DNA of 40,099 nucleotides from an uncultured bacterium. Its GTDB lineage: Bacteria; Zixibacteria; MSB-5A5; JAABVY01; JAHJOQ01. Below are positions 19,003 to 27,794 of this stretch, piece by piece (the first letter of the stretch is position 1; each line of letters opens with the position of its first letter). The stretch covers positions 1 through 40,099 of the forward strand of contig CBDUQR010000027.1 in NCBI GenBank assembly GCA_965369655.1, in the 5' to 3' direction. Under the pieces are notes generated by a model that was not told the origin of the DNA, did no database searches, and was given only the letters and a program-made list of their open reading frames with translations. A program made the translations under genes and the position numbers.

Positions 19003-19703
19003 AATTCGGCGTCGTGACCTTTCCGGGGTCCAATTGTGACTACGATTCATATGCGGCAGTTCGGTTTTCACTCGGCGAGGACGTGGAGTTTCTCTGGCAT
19101 CTCGATTCCGATCTGAGAGGTTGCGATGTCGTGATATTGCCGGGAGGCTTTTCCTACGGTGACTATCTTCGCGCAGGATCGATCGCACGGTTCTCGCCGA
19201 TCATGAAAGAAGTGATCGGATTCGCGAAGGAGGGCGGGACGGTCCTGGGAATATGCAATGGATTTCAGATACTGCTCGAAGCCGGGCTTCTTCCGGGCGC
19301 GATGCTTCGCAACAGGTCGCTCAGATTCTCGTGCAAACACGTCTATCTCAGGGTCGAATCCATCGATACGAGGCTGACATGCGCGTCTTCGGTGGGCGAG
19401 GTCCTGAAGATTCCTATCGCCCATTCCGATGGAAACTATTTCGTAGACAGCAAGACACTCGACGAACTCAGAGAGAATGATCAGATCGTATTTCGCTACT
19501 GCAATGTTGCTGGCATTTTAACAGACGATTCCAATCCGAATGGTTCAGTAGACGACATCGCCGGAATCTGCAATCGCGAGAGGAATGTCTTTGGCATGAT
19601 GCCGCATCCTGAACGTGCGGCGGAGGATATTCTTGGCAGCGTCGACGGGCTGCAGCTATTCGAATCAGTGAGAGAGTATCATTCGAGGAAGGTGACGGCG
19701 TGA
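18999..19703 (+). CDS. purQ: FGAM synthase glutaminase subunit PurQ
   Basis: 'FPGSNCD', '[11 protein letters not shown]', 'GICNGFQ', 'MMPHPER'. Confidence 0.95.
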   Translation: MKFGVVTFPGSNCDYDSYAAVRFSLGEDVEFLWHLDSDLRGCDVVILPGGFSYGDYLRAGSIARFSPIMKEVIGFAKEGGTVLGICNGFQILLEAGLLPGAMLRNRSLRFSCKHVYLRVESIDTRLTCASSVGEVLKIPIAHSDGNYFVDSKTLDELRENDQIVFRYCNVAGILTDDSNPNGSVDDIAGICNRERNVFGMMPHPERAAEDILGSVDGLQLFESVREYHSRKVTA

Positions 19704-19966
19704 AAAGACGTGAAATATCATTTCTCGTATTCTCGATAATCGTTGCTACCGTGTTTGGCGGACTGATCGGTGACATCGTGAGCGGTTTCCTGCCTGACGG
19801 TACAGCCAAGCTGCTTCTCGGCAAGCAGGTCGAGATTGGATTCGATGCAACAAGGGTGGACCTGTACGCGTTAAGCTTTACGGCAGGACTCCTGTTCCGT
19901 GTCAATTTCATGAGTGTCCTGCTTGTGATACTCGTTTTGATATATTTCAGATGGTGGTACATTTAA
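19700..19966 (+). CDS. Small membrane protein, DUF4321-like
   Basis: 88 aa with two hydrophobic segments flanking '[10 protein letters not shown]...[10 protein letters not shown]'; coupled to purQ. Confidence 0.6.
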   Translation: MKRREISFLVFSIIVATVFGGLIGDIVSGFLPDGTAKLLLGKQVEIGFDATRVDLYALSFTAGLLFRVNFMSVLLVILVLIYFRWWYI

Positions 19967-19989
19967 TAACTTGAAATAGAGGAGTCGGC

Positions 19990-20214
19990 ATGTTTGGTGG
20001 TGGCATCGGTTTTCAGGAGCTTCTCCTGATATTCCTTGTCGTTCTTATTCTCTTCGGTGCGCGCCGCATACCTGATATCGCACAGGGTCTGGGCAAGGGA
20101 ATCCGCGAATTCAAGAAGGCGGTGAAAGAGACCCAGGACGAAATTGGCGATATCAAGAGCACAAAGCCATCGAAGCCCGATCAGATCAAGAACGATGACG
20201 GTGACAGGAAATGA
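19990..20214 (+). CDS. tatA: Twin-arginine translocase subunit TatA/E
   Basis: 'IGFQELLLIFLVVLILFGARRIPDIAQGLGKGIREFKKA'; SD GAGGAG. Confidence 0.95.
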   Translation: MFGGGIGFQELLLIFLVVLILFGARRIPDIAQGLGKGIREFKKAVKETQDEIGDIKSTKPSKPDQIKNDDGDRK

Positions 20215-20660
20215 AGTTCGAGAAGAGTCAAATAGACCAGATCGCCGAGATTATCGGCGCCGAGAAGGTTGAGTGGCAGACGGATCATTATCGCCTGAAG
20301 GTCACTGCCGAGCAGGTCAAGCGCATGCTGGTACTCGAAATCTACCCCGAGACCAGGCTCGGCAAGGAGATCGGCTCGATGGTGGTGGTCTACACCAACA
20401 GTTCTCACCTTCAGCTTCACAACTGTTCCGGATTTGTCGTATCGGAGGAACTCGGCGAGGTCACGTTCGTGAGTGAGACCGCAGATTACATCTCGGGCCT
20501 CGTGGTCGAGAAGGAGGCTGCGTGCTCTCTGTATGCAAACATCGCGCGCGACCTGATCTCATCGGACTTCACAAGGTTTGGGGTCGAGGTCATGCTCTCC
20601 GGAGTGGCGATGTCTCTCGCGGAGGAGATCATAGACTCTGGCGAAAAGAAAGAGGAATAA
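20211..20660 (+). CDS. Hypothetical protein
   Basis: 149 aa ORF with ATGA overlap on tatA; composition looks like a real globular protein; family not recognised. Confidence 0.7.
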   Translation: MKFEKSQIDQIAEIIGAEKVEWQTDHYRLKVTAEQVKRMLVLEIYPETRLGKEIGSMVVVYTNSSHLQLHNCSGFVVSEELGEVTFVSETADYISGLVVEKEAACSLYANIARDLISSDFTRFGVEVMLSGVAMSLAEEIIDSGEKKEE

Positions 20661-20682
20661 ACCCGCTCCTGTTTATGACATA

Positions 20683-20806
20683 CGTCACCCCTGCGGAGGC
20701 CCTTCGCTATGCTCAGGACACGCAGGGGTCCAGTCAAGTCTTTCGAGTCTGAAACATTTACGCATTCTGAATATGGTTCTGGATTCCTGCCTGCGCAGGA
20801 ATGACG
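20683..20806. repeat. Inverted REP-like pair between convergent genes, left copy interrupted by a 23-nt insert
   Basis: CGTCACCCCTGCGGAGGC[CCTTCGCTATGCTCAGGACACGC]AGGGGTCCAG (20683-20733) faces CTGGATTCCTGCCTGCGCAGGAATGACG (20779-20806). Confidence 0.8.
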
Positions 20807-20838
20807 AGGGTCGATTGACCTACATGAATTGTCACCTA

Positions 20839-23310
20839 TTAGAAGCTTGCGCGTTTTTCGCGGAAACTGACCGCGAAGTCATCAAGCGCGCGCGAGAATT
20901 CGTCTGCGGACTGATATCGGTCGTATGGATTCTTCGCGAGAGCTTTCTTGACTATCAGGTCGAGTATCGGCGGGATACCGTCGTTGATGCTCGATGGCAT
21001 CGCCGGATCGTCATTTATGATCTTCATGATAAGATTCGAGATGCCTTCGCCGACAAACGGCTTTCTTCCACATACCATCTCGTAGAGCACAACGCCGAGT
21101 GAGAATATGTCAGATGACGGCGTCACTTCCTCGCCCTTCAATTGCTCGGGAGAGATATAGCTTGGAGTGCCCATCGCGATTCCGGTCCGGGTTAGGCTTG
21201 ATGATTCAAACCTCGCGATTCCGAAGTCCATCACCTTGACGTGGAAATTATCGAGGACCATGATATTGGCTGGCTTTATGTCGCGGTGTATGAGGTTGTT
21301 CTTGTGTGCGTAAGATAGCGCAGAGCAGACCTGGAAGACGACTTTTGCAGCTATCTTGAAATTGAGTTGCAACTGACGACTGATTACCTGTTCGAGCGTG
21401 AATCCTTCGAGGAATTCCATCGCTATGTATTGTATGTTGCCATCCTGCCCGACATCGTAGATTGTGACAATGTTCGGATGAGAGAGATTTCCCGCCGCTT
21501 TTGCCTCGCGATTGAGACGTTCCCTGAGTTCATCCACTTCTGAAGCATCGGCGATCTTGTCGACTCTGATTGTCTTTAGCGCTACGAGCCTGCCGATAGC
21601 CGGGTCCTTCCCCTTGTAAACAGTGCCCATTGCACCTTTGCCGATCGTCTCTATGACCTGGTATCGTCCAAAAGATGCAGGTATGTTGGCTGAGGCGTCG
21701 CCATTATTCTCAGTTTTGTTTCTTACTTCATCTCTGCTCGAAGGTAATCTGGATCGCTCTGGCTCCACTGGATGTTCAGTGTCCAGAGTGGCATGCTCGA
21801 TCTCAAATTCATCCATACGGGGCGATTCCAGCTCGGTCTCATCAATGAATTCAGTTTCTGCCGAATCTTGATCGACCTCGTCCGTTATGCTGCTGTCGTT
21901 GGCGATTTCATGAGGTTTGAACAAGTCTTTCTCCGGCACCGGAGAAGATATCTGTCGTGATTCCTGTTTCGTCTTTGTCGTGGCCCTGGCGCTACTTCGG
22001 GAAAAGGTAGCGCTGTCGTCGCGATCAAATGGTTTGTTCCAGGACAGCAACGGTGATGCCACAGCCAGCAGAATCAGAAGTACAATTGGATACACTATGT
22101 CAACATGGGTGCTGAATGACGTGAACATGACAAAGCTGAATGTGAACAGGGCGAGGCAGATTGCAGTGAGCATGAGGAATCGATATAGCGCCCGGATTCT
22201 CGACAGAACAAGAACGCCAAGGACTCCTATGAACAATATGATAGAGAACTCGATATCTGTCGAGGAATTGAGCGGGGAGATTAACTCGCCTGTAATGAGA
22301 TTGTTGATGACATTGGCTGATACTTCTGCTGGTGTGAAGTCATCACCCATCGGAGTTGACAACCTGTCTGCGATTCCACTTGCAGTTATCGCCACGAGCA
22401 CGGTCTTGTTTCGAATCTGATCGACCTGGAGCTCGCCGTCCCAGAAATCCTTCGCGGAATAGGATGGGAAGCTTCCCGCCGGGCCGTAGAATCTGATCAG
22501 AGATTGTCCCTTAACATCGACCGGAATCAGGATGTCCCCGATTTTCAGTCTGCCTGCATCCTGGTCGAATTCGATGCGATCGAATGACGCTCCGACATGT
22601 CGTACGGCTGCCGCCAGCTCGATCGACGGATACAGATTTCTCTCGAAGCGCATGATCAGCGGTTGGCGCCTTACATGATTATCACTGTCAAACTGCGAGA
22701 GCAGCGCGGCAGACGTCACTGCGGATTGTGCAAATATCTCACTCGCTGACTCGATACGTGACGCCTTCGGTATTTTCTCTGCTTCGAACGGCAGTATCGA
22801 TTCAAGGGTCGACCTGCCCAGCCATTCCGCCGCTGTCTTCGTGTTGGGAGTTCGTGCTGAAAGCGTTGGATAGAATGGCAGGATGATATTGCCCGATTGA
22901 AGGATGTTCTCAGCCAAAAGCTGTGACATGCCTGAAACGAAGTCATCCACATTTTCTTCTATTGGAAAATGGAATGCAACACATCGTGGGTGATAGTATG
23001 TCAGCGCCTCGACAAGCTGCGCCAGCACCTGGTGATTCCATGGCCAGTCACCGAGATATTCAATCGCTTTGTCGTCTATGGCGAGGATCACGACATCGCC
23101 TGAGGGTTTTGCCATACCTCTCACTTTGAACATGAAGTCGTACAACTTCAGTTCGTAGTTTTCGAGAGGTCCGGTGTTGTTCAGGTGCAGCGCCACCACC
23201 AGAAGCGTGAGAACCAGGCAGAGCACGGCTGCGGGATGACGGCTGATGAATGATGAACGAGACTTGCTTTCGCGGTTACTTAACATCGGTATCATGTCTT
23301 TGATTGCCAT
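20839..23310 (-). CDS. CHASE2 sensor domain-containing membrane Hanks-type Ser/Thr protein kinase
   Basis: N-terminal TM; CHASE2 motifs 'VVILAIDD...LGDWPW', 'DSDNHVRR', 'TPMG'; three TMs; kinase motifs GKGAMGTVY, VALK, HRDIKPAN, DFG, GTPSYISPE all intact. Confidence 0.9.
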   Translation of the reverse strand: MAIKDMIPMLSNRESKSRSSFISRHPAAVLCLVLTLLVVALHLNNTGPLENYELKLYDFMFKVRGMAKPSGDVVILAIDDKAIEYLGDWPWNHQVLAQLVEALTYYHPRCVAFHFPIEENVDDFVSGMSQLLAENILQSGNIILPFYPTLSARTPNTKTAAEWLGRSTLESILPFEAEKIPKASRIESASEIFAQSAVTSAALLSQFDSDNHVRRQPLIMRFERNLYPSIELAAAVRHVGASFDRIEFDQDAGRLKIGDILIPVDVKGQSLIRFYGPAGSFPSYSAKDFWDGELQVDQIRNKTVLVAITASGIADRLSTPMGDDFTPAEVSANVINNLITGELISPLNSSTDIEFSIILFIGVLGVLVLSRIRALYRFLMLTAICLALFTFSFVMFTSFSTHVDIVYPIVLLILLAVASPLLSWNKPFDRDDSATFSRSSARATTKTKQESRQISSPVPEKDLFKPHEIANDSSITDEVDQDSAETEFIDETELESPRMDEFEIEHATLDTEHPVEPERSRLPSSRDEVRNKTENNGDASANIPASFGRYQVIETIGKGAMGTVYKGKDPAIGRLVALKTIRVDKIADASEVDELRERLNREAKAAGNLSHPNIVTIYDVGQDGNIQYIAMEFLEGFTLEQVISRQLQLNFKIAAKVVFQVCSALSYAHKNNLIHRDIKPANIMVLDNFHVKVMDFGIARFESSSLTRTGIAMGTPSYISPEQLKGEEVTPSSDIFSLGVVLYEMVCGRKPFVGEGISNLIMKIINDDPAMPSSINDGIPPILDLIVKKALAKNPYDRYQSADEFSRALDDFAVSFREKRASF

Positions 23311-23314
23311 GCGA

Positions 23315-24043
23315 TTATTTTCCGACTGAGATTCTCTCGACGAGAAACTTCGGAAGATCGACTTCCCTCATCTTCTCCTGAGTTTTCTCGAAATCATACT
23401 CGACACGCCTGATGGAGAGAATCCGTGTCTCAGAATCATATACCATATAGCTGGCGCGCGGATCGCCGTCGCGCGGCTGGCCGACGCTGCCTATGTTCAC
23501 GATGTACCGATAGTCGTCATCCAGTTGAACAAAATCATGCGGCACAGTTTCGCATCGGTTCATCTTGTATTTCTTTATGATTGCCGGCCTGTGACTGTGT
23601 CCGATCACGCAGACCTGCTGTTCGAAGTACTTGAAGTTCTCTTCCGCATCCTCGATATCGACGACATATCCCCATGCGGACGGTTCCCTGGGAGATGCGT
23701 GGACCATCTTGAAGACATCGAACGACGCTTCCAGGTGAAACATCCTGAGTTTCCGGAGGTTCTTTTCTTTCAGTGTCTGAGCTGTGTAGTTCATCGACAT
23801 CTGGGCGTACTGGTTAAAGCATTCGGTGTCGAGCAGACCGATGGCCGCGGCGTCATGATTGCCGAGCAATTTTATCTGCGCCCGCTTGTCTATGATCTCT
23901 ATGCACTTGTTTGGATCGGGGCCGTAGCCGACCACATCGCCGAGGAAAAAGAGCTTGGAGAGTTTTCCCCTCTTGATGTCAGCGAGACAGGCTTCCAGCG
24001 CTTCCAGGTTGGCGTGAATATCCGAGATGAAACCTATCTTCAT
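23315..24043 (-). CDS. Calcineurin-like metallophosphoesterase (MJ0912/YfcE-like)
   Basis: 'SDIHAN', 'LGDVVGYG', 'GNHD', 'GHSH', 'NIGSVGQPRDG'. Confidence 0.9.
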   Translation of the reverse strand: MKIGFISDIHANLEALEACLADIKRGKLSKLFFLGDVVGYGPDPNKCIEIIDKRAQIKLLGNHDAAAIGLLDTECFNQYAQMSMNYTAQTLKEKNLRKLRMFHLEASFDVFKMVHASPREPSAWGYVVDIEDAEENFKYFEQQVCVIGHSHRPAIIKKYKMNRCETVPHDFVQLDDDYRYIVNIGSVGQPRDGDPRASYMVYDSETRILSIRRVEYDFEKTQEKMREVDLPKFLVERISVGK

Positions 24044-24735
24044 GCAGCGCCTGCCTCGACAAATCGGAACGCCGTCTTGCCGACTTGAATGATGTCGCCG
24101 TTTCGAAGATCGTGAGTGGTTATCGATTCACCGTTCACTTTTGTCTTTCCCTGACGTCCGACATTGAAGAGCGTAGACGCTTTCCCTTCTTTGACGATCT
24201 TGGCCTGTATGCTTGAAACCAGCCAGCCTTTCACTCGAATGTTCACGTACCGTGATTTTCCGAGTGTCATTACATCCCTGTCTATGACAATCTCCTCTTC
24301 GGTCGCATTTTCGAGTCCAAGCAGGACCGAGCAGCCGGTTCTCCTGACAAGCTTCTTATCTTCTTTGTCTTTCTTTACAAGCTCTCTCTGACGCTTCGTA
24401 TTGAGGATCATGGTCCCGTCATGGTCGGACATCTTCTCCGTTTCAGATACGGAGCTGTGGAACTCCAGGTCGAATTTCCCGATCGTGATCACGTCGTTGT
24501 CTCGCAGCTTCTCCTCGGTGATCTTTCTGCTGTTGACGAATGTGCCGTTCAGACTTTCGTTGTCAAGCACTATCGCCTGGTCGTCGTTTAATTCAAGTCG
24601 AGCATGTCTTCGTGAAACACCACGGTTGTCGAGGACGATGTCGTTGTCCGAAGTGCGGCCGATGTTGATGTGTTCCTTCTCAGTAACAACGCGTTCGATA
24701 ACTTTGTTGTCGAATTTGACGATGATCTCAGGCAT
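24040..24735 (-). CDS. Tandem FHA-domain protein
   Basis: First FHA canonical ('IGR...VSRRHA...SLNGTFVN'); second degenerate ('LGK...VSSIQA...TKVNG...LRNGDIIQVG'); SD AGGAG. Confidence 0.9.
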   Translation of the reverse strand: MPEIIVKFDNKVIERVVTEKEHINIGRTSDNDIVLDNRGVSRRHARLELNDDQAIVLDNESLNGTFVNSRKITEEKLRDNDVITIGKFDLEFHSSVSETEKMSDHDGTMILNTKRQRELVKKDKEDKKLVRRTGCSVLLGLENATEEEIVIDRDVMTLGKSRYVNIRVKGWLVSSIQAKIVKEGKASTLFNVGRQGKTKVNGESITTHDLRNGDIIQVGKTAFRFVEAGAA

Positions 24736-24811
24736 TCATGCTCTCCTTTCTGGAGGCGGATTGATCTCACGTGGCGCTTCATTGCTGTGCAAGTGCCTAT
24801 CCCTTTTCCAC

Positions 24812-24840
24812 TTGCCCGTAGCAGTACGCACAACTATATT
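24812..24840 (+). promoter_or_regulatory. Putative sigma70-type promoter for dusB
   Basis: TTGCCC-N17-TATATT ending 6 nt before ATG 24847. Confidence 0.5.
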
Positions 24841-24846
24841 GTCGGA

Positions 24847-25824
24847 ATGGAACTGCGAAACTTGACTGTCGATGGACGTGTTGTCTCTGCCCCTCTTGCC
24901 AATGTTTCGGGCTCGGCCTACAGGCTGCTCGCACGGGAATTCGGCGCATCGCTCGTCGTCTCCGAGATGGTTTCCGCAGAAGGGCTCGTCAGAGGGAATC
25001 GTAAGACAATCAGCATGTTACGTTTCCGGGATGCGGAAAGGCCGTTGTCGATCCAACTCTTCGGACGCAGCCCCGACACGCTTGGCGAAGCGTGCAAAAT
25101 TGTCGCCGATACGGGCGTGGATATGATCGATCTGAATTTCGGATGTCCCGCGAAGAAGATCGTGAACAAATGCGGCGGAGCTGCGCTGCTCAAAGACGCC
25201 AAACTGACCGAGGCGCTGTTTAAGTCGGCTGTCGAGGCCGTCGAAATTCCTGTCAGCGTCAAGTTCAGGACGGGATGGGATCGCGAAAGCACTAATTTCC
25301 TCGAAATAGGAAAACTCGCCGAGCAGTGTGGAGCCTCTATGCTGACGCTCCATCCTCGGACGAAAGCCTCGGGTTTCAGAGGCAAATCGGACTGGAGCAG
25401 GATCGCCGAACTCAAGGAGTCGGTCGAGATACCGGTGGTTGGGAGCGGAGATATTGTCGCACCTCAGGACGCTCTCGACATGATCGATCAGACCGGCTGT
25501 GACCTTGTGATGATAGGCCGTGCAGCTATGGGCGCGCCATGGCTATTTCGGCGTGTCGACGAAGTGCTCAAAGGCAATCCGGATCCGGGCGAGCCGTCTC
25601 TCGAACGTAAAATCGAGACATGCCTTCGATTCGCGCAGCTTCTGATCGAGGATTTCGGCGAAAAGAATGGATGCTTGAAAGTGCGCAAGCATCTCGCATG
25701 GTTTACACGAGGCTGGCTGAGTATCTCCAAACTGAGACCCGCGATGTTCTCAGTGGAGAGCTACGATGACATAGTCGATATCTTCGACACTTATCTTCAA
25801 ACCCGTCACAAACTCACCGCGTAG
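24847..25824 (+). CDS. dusB: tRNA-dihydrouridine synthase (DusB-like)
   Basis: 'SEMVSA', 'IQLFG', 'IDLNFGCP', 'GSGDI', 'VMIGRAAMGAPW', 'RKHLAWF'; true start probably 24847 rather than 24670. Confidence 0.9.
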   Translation: MELRNLTVDGRVVSAPLANVSGSAYRLLAREFGASLVVSEMVSAEGLVRGNRKTISMLRFRDAERPLSIQLFGRSPDTLGEACKIVADTGVDMIDLNFGCPAKKIVNKCGGAALLKDAKLTEALFKSAVEAVEIPVSVKFRTGWDRESTNFLEIGKLAEQCGASMLTLHPRTKASGFRGKSDWSRIAELKESVEIPVVGSGDIVAPQDALDMIDQTGCDLVMIGRAAMGAPWLFRRVDEVLKGNPDPGEPSLERKIETCLRFAQLLIEDFGEKNGCLKVRKHLAWFTRGWLSISKLRPAMFSVESYDDIVDIFDTYLQTRHKLTA

Positions 25825-25825
25825 C

Positions 25826-26623
25826 ATGGATCAAACCACACTCCTCAGGCTGCTTGAAGACATTAAGTCGGGCAAGCTCAACGTTGCGGAAGGCCTCGAG
25901 AAGCTCAAGCATTTGCCGTTCGACGACCTTGGATTTGCTCGTGTCGATTCTCATCGCAGCCTTCGCCTCGGGTTCCCTGAAGTGATATTCTGCGAGGGAA
26001 AAACTGATAGTCAGATACTCAAGATCGCTGCATCAATGTTGAAGTCAAAATCCCCGGTTCTCGCCACGAGGATATCCGACAAGACAGCGAAGAAACTGAT
26101 AGCGAAATATCCGCGAGCCAAGCATAATAAACTTGCGAGGACCGTATTCATCGATATTCCCGGAGCGGCTCGACGGCGCAGACTTCCCGGAGGAGTCGCT
26201 GTTATCACGGCGGGTACAGCCGACATTCCGGTTGCCGAGGAAGCCGCCGTGACATGCGAAGCGATGGGATGCCGGGTGGAGAAGCTTTTCGATGTTGGCG
26301 TAGCGGGCATACACAGGTTCGCGGCCTCCGCCGACATTCTCGACAGGCACGATGTGTTTATCGTCGTTGCGGGCATGGAAGGTGCACTGGCGTCGGTCGT
26401 TGGCGGATTCGTGGGAAAGCCGGTGATAGCGGTGCCGACCTCGATTGGTTATGGCGCATCATTCGGTGGCGTAGCTGCGCTGCTTGCGATGCTCAACTCC
26501 TGTTCATCCGGGATCACGGTCGTTAATATCGACAGCGGTTTCACCGCAGCATGTGCCGCTGTTCGTATCCTCGGACTCTTGCCGGTCGCTGATCCCGATC
26601 CCAAGGGAAAGGAGCGGCTATGA
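25826..26623 (+). CDS. larB: Nickel-pincer cofactor biosynthesis protein LarB
   Basis: 'DLGFARVDSHRSLRLGFPEVIFCEGK', 'AGTADIPVAEEA', 'DVGVAG', 'AGMEGAL', 'VPTSIGYG', 'MLNSC', 'VVNID'. Confidence 0.9.
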   Translation: MDQTTLLRLLEDIKSGKLNVAEGLEKLKHLPFDDLGFARVDSHRSLRLGFPEVIFCEGKTDSQILKIAASMLKSKSPVLATRISDKTAKKLIAKYPRAKHNKLARTVFIDIPGAARRRRLPGGVAVITAGTADIPVAEEAAVTCEAMGCRVEKLFDVGVAGIHRFAASADILDRHDVFIVVAGMEGALASVVGGFVGKPVIAVPTSIGYGASFGGVAALLAMLNSCSSGITVVNIDSGFTAACAAVRILGLLPVADPDPKGKERL

Positions 26624-27792
26624 GAACGCTCATCTTCGATCCATCTTATGGCTGCTCAGGCGACATGATTCTCGGCGCGCTTGTCGATGCAGGCGTATCG
26701 ATAGATGAACTTAAGATGGCGTTGGCCGGGATTGCGCTGGATGGCTTCGATGTATCGAGCGAAAATACCGAGAGGAATCAGATCGCCTCTACGCGAGTGA
26801 TCGTGAGTGTCGATGAGACCACAGCGCATCGTCATTTGGCAGACATCTATGAGATCATAGATGCGAGCAGACTTCCGCGTTCTGTGATAGAGAATTCCAA
26901 GAGCATTTTCGCGCGATTGGCCGAAGCTGAGGCCGCCGTACATGGCACGAGTGTAGACAGCGTGCATTTCCACGAGGTCGGCGCAGTCGATGCCATAGTC
27001 GACATAGTCGGAGCCTGCATCGGGATCGAACTGCTGAATGTCGATCGAATACTCTCGCGGCCGATTGCGATCGGGTCGGGGACTATCGAGTGCGATCACG
27101 GTATGTTTCCGGTGCCTGCGCCAGCGACATCAAATCTGATCAAGGGCTTCCCGGTGCGAATGTATACTATCGCCGCAGAACTGACCACTCCGACAGGTGC
27201 GGCAATTGTTACGACCCTTGCCGAGCCGCTTGTCGATCCGTTGAATGGCCGCATGCTTTCCGTTGGCTATGGAGCGGGAACCAGGTCGTTCGAGAACCAT
27301 CCGAACCTGATGCGTCTGTTTCTGTTCGAGGAGGGAGACAATCTCGATGCGGATGAGGTCGTCGAGATGCGTACGAACATCGACGACATGAGCCCGGAAG
27401 TCTACTCACATCTGTTCGATAGACTTAATTCCGCCGGAGCGCTTGATGTATATGTGACGCCGGTCGTGATGAAGAAAAACCGCCCCGGACACGAGTTGAC
27501 AGTGCTGTGTGATCCCAATAAGCAGACCGAAGTCCGCGATATGATATTCGCTGAGACCACGACTTCGGGCTTGAGAATATCGAATGTGTCTCGCGTAAAG
27601 CTGCCCCGGAGGAGTGAGGTTTTGTCTACGCCTCTCGGTGAGTGCGAGATTAAAGTGTTTGACGCGGGTGGCAGGGTCCGGAAGGTTCCTGAGTACGAAT
27701 CGGTCAAAAAGATTGCCGATAGAAACGCGATGACATATCTTGAGGCCTATGATTCGATAATAGCGCATCTAAAGAATAGCGAAAAGGAGTAA
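26620..27792 (+). CDS. larC: Nickel-pincer cofactor Ni insertase LarC (single full-length ORF)
   Basis: 'GCSGDMILGAL', 'VHFHEVGAVDAIVD', 'PVPAPAT', 'ELTTPTGA', 'NIDD', 'MKKNRPG', 'ETTTSG', 'PEYE'. Confidence 0.9.
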   Translation: MRTLIFDPSYGCSGDMILGALVDAGVSIDELKMALAGIALDGFDVSSENTERNQIASTRVIVSVDETTAHRHLADIYEIIDASRLPRSVIENSKSIFARLAEAEAAVHGTSVDSVHFHEVGAVDAIVDIVGACIGIELLNVDRILSRPIAIGSGTIECDHGMFPVPAPATSNLIKGFPVRMYTIAAELTTPTGAAIVTTLAEPLVDPLNGRMLSVGYGAGTRSFENHPNLMRLFLFEEGDNLDADEVVEMRTNIDDMSPEVYSHLFDRLNSAGALDVYVTPVVMKKNRPGHELTVLCDPNKQTEVRDMIFAETTTSGLRISNVSRVKLPRRSEVLSTPLGECEIKVFDAGGRVRKVPEYESVKKIADRNAMTYLEAYDSIIAHLKNSEKE

Positions 27793-27794
27793 CA

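Noticed and set aside
20773..21102. 109-aa plus-strand ORF starting in the REP
   Set aside because: Begins inside a palindrome and runs antisense to the kinase domain
24670..24846. Long N-terminal extension of dusB
   Set aside because: Overlaps the divergent FHA gene and the promoter; homology-like sequence begins at M24847
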